NCBI GenBank assembly: GCA_963668175.1
Contig: OY764159.1
Location: 4,128,001-4,192,000, forward strand
DNA length: 64,000 nt
Direction of reading: 5' to 3'
DNA from: Syntrophales bacterium
Lineage (GTDB): Bacteria; Desulfobacterota; Syntrophia; Syntrophales; PHBD01
The notes below the pieces were generated by a model. It made no database searches. It had not been told where the DNA came from and saw only the letters and a program-made list of their open reading frames with translations. Below are positions 58,027-64,000 of the stretch, one piece after another; within the stretch, counting starts at the first letter, position 1, and each line of letters starts with the position of its first letter. A program made the position numbers and the translations under genes.

Positions 58027-60383
58027 AACTTGATGATATTTACCCCCCATCGTTCATGCAGAAGACCGTATATATCCGAGTCCACGCTATAATCGACGAG
58101 ATACATCGAACCGCCCGGCGTTGAAACCTGGAAGGCGGGCAGGTTGATTGTGGCTCTCGGCGTACTGCTGTTTTCAGGAACCAGGAAAAGATGGGGACTG
58201 AAGGCCGCATTGAGGTTCAAGGCCCTCAATATCTTTCCGATTAAATCCCTTTTAGCGTCTCCCTGGTTGATATAAACTATTTCCGTTCCCTTTTCCCGAA
58301 GCATGGCGACAAACTGCTGGGGAAGTTTCTTCGACTGAAAAATGATCTTCCTTTCGACAGGCGAAGGACCGGGGCCTTCTGTTTTTGGAGGCTTTGGAGA
58401 TTCCGCCTTCTGTGGCGCGGCCGTGTTCTCCACGGAGCGTTTCAGTCGCGGGGCATAGACATAACCGAGGGCTTTCTTCTCATCGCGGTTCTTTTCATCG
58501 AGGGCGAAGACGGCGTACCAGTCATTGTCAAGAAAGTCCGTCTTGATCTGCTGGCCGGCTTCAAGCCGTCCCTTGAGTCCGGAAGAAAGGGAGCGTCTGG
58601 CCCGGATATTGGTCCTGGCCTCTGCCGTCATCATCTGACCCCAGTCTTTTTCCTTCTCCTGTTCCATGCTTTCCGATTTCTTCTCCGCTGGCGTGTCCTT
58701 TGATTCCGCAGGCGGCACGGTCGGCAACTCGCTGTTTTCTTTGATCGACACAGCCGTGAGACGGGGGGCATAAACATAGCCCAGAGACCGGCCCAAATCG
58801 CGGACCGTTTCATCCGCTTTGAAGACGGCGTACCAGTTATTTTCAAGAAAATCGCCCTTGACCTTCTGTCCTGCTTCCAGTTGCCCTTTGAGCCTGGCAT
58901 TGAGCGCCCGGCTCGCGCGAATGTTCGTTTTGGCCGGCGCCGTCAGGAGCACGCCCCATTTTTTATCTGCAGGAGCGGTCGTTTCCGGCTGACGAACCGT
59001 TGTCCTGGCCGGTACAGCCGCCGCAGGTATATAGGACAGATAATCGGCCTTGACGGCCAGGTTGAAACCATTGCTGGAAGTGTCGAATATCCTGATTTCT
59101 GCGTCTTTCTCGACTTTGTAACCCAAGGTGGTCAGCAGTACGTCCACGACTTCCCCATCGTTAGACGCGTTGAGCACGGTCATCGGCGCGGAGGCGGATT
59201 TTTCAGCGGATTTTTCGTCAGCGGCATCGGAAATGATGACATCATGATCCACATCCGTAATGGAAAGACCGTTTCTTTCGGCAAAGGTCAAAACCGCTTT
59301 CGGCAAGGCCAGGCTTTTATCCGTAAGAAGCGTGAAGGCCTGCCGGTAGGGTTTGTCGTCGGCCTGTTTCTTCGATATGATCCAATCCACGGAGACGGAA
59401 ACGGCAAGATCCTTTCCCAGAACAGACGGCCTTACCTGCCTTGTCATAATATAAGCCCGGGAGGCGTTGATGGCCTTACTCAGAATCGAAGCGCTGTCAT
59501 CCGAGCTTCCGACTTTAACCATGGCGATATTACCCCATTTCGATTCGATGGCTTTTTTCAGCGTGTCATTCATGCGTTTTGTGAAATCGAGCATGACCGT
59601 GCTCCCGTCATCGAATTCAACCACGGGTATCATGGAACAATCGATTGTCGCCTGTCCCATGTCGGGAATAGGGATATAGTAAAAACCGGTGGTGGTAAGC
59701 GTACCGTTCATCCGGGCAAGCACTTCCCTGATGACATCGAGGCGGCTTTCGGAGGGCAGAATCGCCTTTTCCGAAGACTGTTCCAACTGTATCGCAGCCG
59801 TTTTCTTCTCCTCGTCAAGGCGGTCGTAGTCTTCGGGAGTTACTAATTTGCCGCCTTCGGGCAGTTTCAACATTTGTCCGGGATAGATCCGGTTGACATT
59901 CGTGATCCCCGGGTTCAACTGTTTGACCACTTTGAGCGTCTTGGCCGCCGTGGCCCCTTTGACGCCGAACTTACGATGAATAATACCGAAAAGCGTATCA
60001 CCTTTCTTGGTCTTGTACGCGCTCGGATCAGCAGGCTGATCCTCTGCCGTTTCCACATCGGTGCTTGCGGGGAGAACCAGGACCTGGCCGGGATATATCC
60101 TGTCCTTGTCTTTCAGCTTCGGATTGAGACTACGGAGGGTTTTGTACAGCGCTTTTTCTTTCGCCGGAGACAAGGCCCCAAATTGCTGGGAGACAATCTT
60201 GGAAAGTAAATCACCCGGCTTGACGACGTATTGCGTTGCGTCCTGGGGCACAGAAGCCGTCTTCTTAAAAAGGAGATGGGCCGTACTTTCATCGGCCGAG
60301 GCGACAGGCAGAGAGAGGGTGAACAGAAGACACCATGACAGAAACGGTAAAATGACAGACCGACAGCCTGCTCGCATAACCAT
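58023..60383 (-). CDS. Exported LysM x2 + tandem SH3b-like domain protein
   Basis: Signal peptide; LysM YVVKPGD...IYPGQVL and YKTKKGD...IYPGQML; two NIRA...G.LEAGQ...WYAV...GYVYAPRL repeats. Start uncertain. Confidence 0.8.
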   Translation of the reverse strand: MVMRAGCRSVILPFLSWCLLFTLSLPVASADESTAHLLFKKTASVPQDATQYVVKPGDLLSKIVSQQFGALSPAKEKALYKTLRSLNPKLKDKDRIYPGQVLVLPASTDVETAEDQPADPSAYKTKKGDTLFGIIHRKFGVKGATAAKTLKVVKQLNPGITNVNRIYPGQMLKLPEGGKLVTPEDYDRLDEEKKTAAIQLEQSSEKAILPSESRLDVIREVLARMNGTLTTTGFYYIPIPDMGQATIDCSMIPVVEFDDGSTVMLDFTKRMNDTLKKAIESKWGNIAMVKVGSSDDSASILSKAINASRAYIMTRQVRPSVLGKDLAVSVSVDWIISKKQADDKPYRQAFTLLTDKSLALPKAVLTFAERNGLSITDVDHDVIISDAADEKSAEKSASAPMTVLNASNDGEVVDVLLTTLGYKVEKDAEIRIFDTSSNGFNLAVKADYLSYIPAAAVPARTTVRQPETTAPADKKWGVLLTAPAKTNIRASRALNARLKGQLEAGQKVKGDFLENNWYAVFKADETVRDLGRSLGYVYAPRLTAVSIKENSELPTVPPAESKDTPAEKKSESMEQEKEKDWGQMMTAEARTNIRARRSLSSGLKGRLEAGQQIKTDFLDNDWYAVFALDEKNRDEKKALGYVYAPRLKRSVENTAAPQKAESPKPPKTEGPGPSPVERKIIFQSKKLPQQFVAMLREKGTEIVYINQGDAKRDLIGKILRALNLNAAFSPHLFLVPENSSTPRATINLPAFQVSTPGGSMYLVDYSVDSDIYGLLHERWGVNIIKF

Positions 60384-60614
60384 GTTGTGCCTTTGATATC
60401 CTCGATTTCCCATCAATGAAAAAATATTAGGCGACATGTGGATGATTCTATACAGAATCCGGCATGAAATGTCAACTCCTTCATTTCATTGTTTTTACTC
60501 CCTCAAGACATCTTCTTGGATGTGCCCAGATGAAGACGGTCGGTGATGATGACGCTGCAAGACTCCGCCTCTGCGGGTACAACTCTATCATTCGGCACGC
60601 AAACAGCGTCAGGA

Positions 60615-60651
60615 GAAAAAGAAAACCACGGTCAAAAGACCGTGGCTTTCT
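60615..60651 (-). terminator. Intrinsic terminator after acyl-CoA dehydrogenase
   Basis: Minus strand reads GAAAGCCACGGTC-TTTT-GACCGTGGTTTTC then TTTTT. Confidence 0.8.
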
Positions 60652-60678
60652 GCAAGGCTATAGGTTGTATAATCGTTA

Positions 60679-61875
60679 TTATTTGCCGCTCTTGAAATCG
60701 TCTCTCATCAATTCGCGGGCGATGATCATTCTGCGGATTTCGGACGTACCGGCACCGATTTCCCACAGTTTCTGATCCAGGAAGTGCCTCGTGACGCCGT
60801 ATTCCGTGCAGTAACCGTAACCGCCGTGGATCTGGATGGCATCGAGACCGATCTTGGTTCCCATCTCGCCGCAGTAGAGCAGAGAAGCGGCCGCCATACG
60901 GTCGAGGTCCGTGCCCTTGCCGCCCGACTTGTTCGTCAGGGAGTCGCAATAGGACGCCGCGCTGTAGGCCAGCCACTTGGAGGCCAGGTAACCGGTATAC
61001 ATATTGGCCAGTTTTTCCTGGATGGTCTGGAAGGAGGCGATGGGCTTGCCGAACTGGACTCTTTCCTTCGCATAGCGGAGGCTCAGCTCGAGGCAGGATC
61101 TCTGGCTGCCCAGCGTACAACCGGACAGTGTGATTCTCTCGGTGCACAGACCGCTCGTCAGAACGGCGACACCCTTGTTGAGACCACCGATCAGGTTCTC
61201 TTCGGGAAGTTCCATGTCTTCAAATGTGATCAGGGCCGTGGGGGAGGTTCTCATGCCCCATTTCTTCAGTTTCTCGTAGCTGAAGCCCTTGCCCTTGTAT
61301 TTGTCGATTTCGAACATGAACGTCGAGATACCCTTGGGGCCGGCGGCGGGATCGGTCTTCGCGTAGAAAACCATGAACTGCGCAACGGGACCGTTGGTGA
61401 TGAAAATCTTGCTGCCGTTGATGATGTATTTGTCGCCTTTTTTCTCGGCTTTCGTAGCCATGCTCATCGCGTCCGAACCGGCATTGGGCTCGGTGATGCC
61501 GAGGCAACCGATCCATTCACCGGAGCAGGCCTTGGGCAGAACGTACGCCTTCTGGGCTTCGGTTGCGTTTCTGCGGAAGTTGTCGAAGCACAACGTCTGG
61601 CTGGCACCGACCGTCATCGAGAGGGCATTGCTGACCCGCGCGATCGTCTCATAAACCAGGAGTGTCTCGACGTAACCCATTGCGGTTCCGCCATACTTTT
61701 CCTCGAAGACAATACCGTTGACGCCCAGGTTTGCCAGTTCCTTAAAGAGTGTCGGCGGCATTTCGTCCACTTCATACAGGTGCTCCATCTGGGGCTCCAG
61801 CCAGTTTACGGCCCACTTGTAAACGCTGTCTTCAAGCATCTTTTGTTCTTCTGTTAAATTGAAATCTAACGCCAT
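60679..61875 (-). CDS. Acyl-CoA dehydrogenase
   Basis: ITEPNAGSD, NGSKIFITNG, KWGMR, RVQFGKPIASFQ, QIHGGYGY, IGAGTSEIRR; GGGAGG RBS. Confidence 0.95.
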   Translation of the reverse strand: MALDFNLTEEQKMLEDSVYKWAVNWLEPQMEHLYEVDEMPPTLFKELANLGVNGIVFEEKYGGTAMGYVETLLVYETIARVSNALSMTVGASQTLCFDNFRRNATEAQKAYVLPKACSGEWIGCLGITEPNAGSDAMSMATKAEKKGDKYIINGSKIFITNGPVAQFMVFYAKTDPAAGPKGISTFMFEIDKYKGKGFSYEKLKKWGMRTSPTALITFEDMELPEENLIGGLNKGVAVLTSGLCTERITLSGCTLGSQRSCLELSLRYAKERVQFGKPIASFQTIQEKLANMYTGYLASKWLAYSAASYCDSLTNKSGGKGTDLDRMAAASLLYCGEMGTKIGLDAIQIHGGYGYCTEYGVTRHFLDQKLWEIGAGTSEIRRMIIARELMRDDFKSGK

Positions 61876-62011
61876 AACCTAATACCTCCCTTTAAAATAA
61901 GTTTATTTTCCCAGCTGCAAAGACATGAGAAAGTTGACCTGGGACCATCGGTGCAAGCCATTATTCTTCAATCATGCAAATCGCAGACTGGTGTCTTTTC
62001 GGTAATTAAGT

Positions 62012-62167
62012 TGTGATATCAATTTGTTTTGGGTAACTTGAAACGCCGGGAACACCACCACGGTTCCTTACGGACAATCAATGCAACTCAATCTGTAACA
62101 TCAATTTGCTTGGACAGCGTGAAGCACCAGGAACACCACCACGGTTCCATGCGGATAATCGACACGA
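62012..62167. repeat. Imperfect tandem duplication (~81-82 nt period) with an invariant 19-nt core
   Basis: GGAACACCACCACGGTTCC occurs at 62049-62067 and 62130-62148; flanks align (TGTGATATCAATTTG / TGTAACATCAATTTG; CGGACAATC / CGGATAATC). Confidence 0.9.
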
Positions 62168-62346
62168 TGTTGCGGGATCCGTAAAACGATCCTTTTTGCA
62201 AAACACGTTATTCTACAAGATCGTCATATTTGCAAGAATAATCTTCAAAAAAACGTCATTTTTATTTCTGTTCGGTTATATATACTTCCCGCCTCATCGA
62301 TAAGCCACTTAACAGGACGGAATTTTTTACATTTTCATTTTTACGG

Positions 62347-62541
62347 CTAGCTTGTCCAGCCGAACTTACCCCATTTTGCCATGATCAGCATGACGCCGAT
62401 GACCCAAATGATAAAGGCCCACAGACGATATTTGTGCATCCGCCGTCTCTTCTTTTCGTAGAGAGCCGCCACGTTGCCCTTATCGACGGCTATTTTTACG
62501 GGTCCAGATTGGTCGTGTTTTCGTTTTGGCATATCAGACAT
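62347..62541 (-). CDS. Small single-pass membrane hypothetical protein
   Basis: MSDMPKRK...KKRRRMHKYRLWAFIIWVIGVMLIMAKW; basic stretch followed by one TM helix. Confidence 0.5.
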   Translation of the reverse strand: MSDMPKRKHDQSGPVKIAVDKGNVAALYEKKRRRMHKYRLWAFIIWVIGVMLIMAKWGKFGWTS

Positions 62542-62569
62542 TCCATCCTGCGCAGAGATAATATGTTTG

Positions 62570-62598
62570 AAAAACCCGGGGCGAGCCCCGGGCTTTTC
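62570..62598 (-). terminator. Intrinsic terminator after the CoA-transferase
   Basis: Minus strand reads AAAAGCCCGGGG-CTCG-CCCCGGGTTTTT. Confidence 0.75.
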
Positions 62599-62614
62599 CA
62601 TACGTTGGAAATGT

Positions 62615-64000
62615 TTATTTACCGGACTGATAGGGATCCCAATCGAACCCCCAGATTTCGCTTCCCATAGGAATCTTGTAATTTCTTCTTTCCGTATACG
62701 ACGGGTACCTGCGGCCACCGCCTTCCTTCGGCATCATGGAGACGGGGAATTTCGGCGCAAGGAGGCCGTTGGCCCGGGCTTCCTTCTCCAGCCATTCCCG
62801 ATCGTCCGGATGGGCGATAGAGATCAACGCCGACGCCCTCTCGTAACCGGAGAGACCTCTCAAGTTGACGATGCCGAACTCGGTGCAGACATAATTCGCA
62901 AACTGGGCCGGCACGTCCACGGAGGAGCCTTCCGGCAGGAAGGGAACGATACGGGAAGTGCCGTGTTTGCTTCTCGCCGTCATGGAGGCCACGCCGCGGC
63001 CGCCCCTGGACTGGGCGCAGAAGGTGACGAACTGGAAGTAACCGCCGGAGCTCGAGATCGGCCGCTTTTCATAGAAACCGCTGCTCTGCTGGCCGAGGAG
63101 ATCCACCGCCACGCAATTGTCGATGGCGATCATGTTGTCGATTCTTCTTAATATATCGAAGTTGTTTGTGTAATTGATATCATAGACGGCCATGGACTGG
63201 TTGCGGTGAATCGTGTCGTAATACCATTTCACATCCACGGGGAAGGCGAAGGTCCAGACGCTCTTGCCGCGATCCAGATTCTTGTAGGCATTGGTAACCT
63301 GACCGGATTCGATCATTTTGATCAAACCGAAGTTCATCATTTCCGTGTGAATGCCAAGATCCTTGAATCCTGCATCGGCCATAGCGGCGACACAGGCGGA
63401 GGGCAGCGACCCGATACCGAGTTGGACGATATCCCTGTCCCGCATAATGGTCATAACATGCTTGGCGATTTCGACTTCCACGGGCTTCGCCTGAATGGCC
63501 TTTTCGTTGATCTGGGGCCATTTGTACTTTTCACAGTCCACCTCGACCCAGTAATCGACATCATCGATATGGATGGTGTTGAAGCGGCCGCCCTCCGCCC
63601 AGGGATAATCCGATCGGACTTCGAAGACGGTCTTCTTCGCCGTCTGCTTGAAGAAGTTGCAGTTGTTCGTCCCGTAGGACATATTGAAGTAACCGTGCTC
63701 ATCAGGGGCCGTCGCGGCGTTGAACCACCAGTCGAGACCGCGTTTTTCCTTTACTGCATTGGCGAAGCGATAATGATGGGCATTCATCCCATAGGCCCAT
63801 CCCCACTGCGCCCAGTCGGTTACGTTGTTGTTGTCCCTGGCTTTGCGGTTCCAGGGGAAGAAGAAGAATTCGTGGATACAATGAAATTCCTGGTTGGGAT
63901 CGATCTGCTGCAGTTCCGGATGGGGGAAAAACTCGGCATACATCCAGAATTCGATGTCTTTGAGCTGACCGGCGCCGCCGCCCAGCCTTTTGGCCACGGC
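62615..64000 (-). CDS. Acetyl-CoA hydrolase/transferase family (butyryl/4-hydroxybutyryl-CoA:acetate CoA-transferase-like); 5' end outside the window
   Basis: QLGIGSLP, DLGIHTEM (catalytic Glu), VDLLGQ, SRIVP, TEFGIVNLRG, ALISIAHPDDR. Confidence 0.9.
   Translation of the reverse strand, partial: AVAKRLGGGAGQLKDIEFWMYAEFFPHPELQQIDPNQEFHCIHEFFFFPWNRKARDNNNVTDWAQWGWAYGMNAHHYRFANAVKEKRGLDWWFNAATAPDEHGYFNMSYGTNNCNFFKQTAKKTVFEVRSDYPWAEGGRFNTIHIDDVDYWVEVDCEKYKWPQINEKAIQAKPVEVEIAKHVMTIMRDRDIVQLGIGSLPSACVAAMADAGFKDLGIHTEMMNFGLIKMIESGQVTNAYKNLDRGKSVWTFAFPVDVKWYYDTIHRNQSMAVYDINYTNNFDILRRIDNMIAIDNCVAVDLLGQQSSGFYEKRPISSSGGYFQFVTFCAQSRGGRGVASMTARSKHGTSRIVPFLPEGSSVDVPAQFANYVCTEFGIVNLRGLSGYERASALISIAHPDDREWLEKEARANGLLAPKFPVSMMPKEGGGRRYPSYTERRNYKIPMGSEIWGFDWDPYQSGK

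Noticed and set aside
62049..62148. Mini-CRISPR interpretation of the 19-nt palindromic repeat
   Set aside because: Only two copies, the flanks are homologous rather than unique spacers, and there are no cas genes.
62088..62150. Trp-rich minus-strand uORF MEPWWCSWCFTLSKQIDVTD as a leader peptide
   Set aside because: No SD sequence, the second repeat copy lacks the ATG, and the downstream gene is unrelated to Trp. The TGG codons are explained by the repeat core.

Overview
Chromosomal core and metabolic DNA from an anaerobic bacterium. Gene content and style suggest Desulfobacterota, probably Syntrophales-like (inference). I see no rRNA, tRNA, CRISPR, prophage or IS. From left to right it holds: thrC (partial), ridA, a selenocysteine-containing selD (in-frame UGA plus SECIS, missed by the ORF track), a patatin, a REC-GGDEF protein, a LysR regulator, a three-gene CsgG/FlgT-domain operon, split transketolase, the rpmH-rnpA-yidD-yidC-jag-mnmE block (not next to dnaA), mtgA, LysM-NlpC/P60, a glutaredoxin/FTR-rubredoxin pair, and a Sir2-NRDE-Nudix-HDAC operon. 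Next come corA, an aminotransferase-III/BKACE/core methionine synthase (MesB-like) operon, and a CODH/ACS cluster in which acetyl-CoA synthase is fused to the corrinoid Fe-S protein small subunit and no acsE is present. The window ends with a sigma54 two-component system, rarA, an MCP, rmuC, emrAB, a cysteine desulfurase, a tRNA thiolase-like gene, a LysM/SH3 protein, acyl-CoA dehydrogenase and a CoA-transferase (partial). Best novelty candidates: (1) the AcsB-AcsD fusion with MesB and no AcsE, a possible folate-independent acetyl-CoA-to-methionine methyl route; (2) an unannotated structured sigma54-dependent sRNA divergent from the two-component system; (3) a tandem ~81-nt structured motif upstream of the acyl-CoA dehydrogenase; (4) a dual-deacylase operon.
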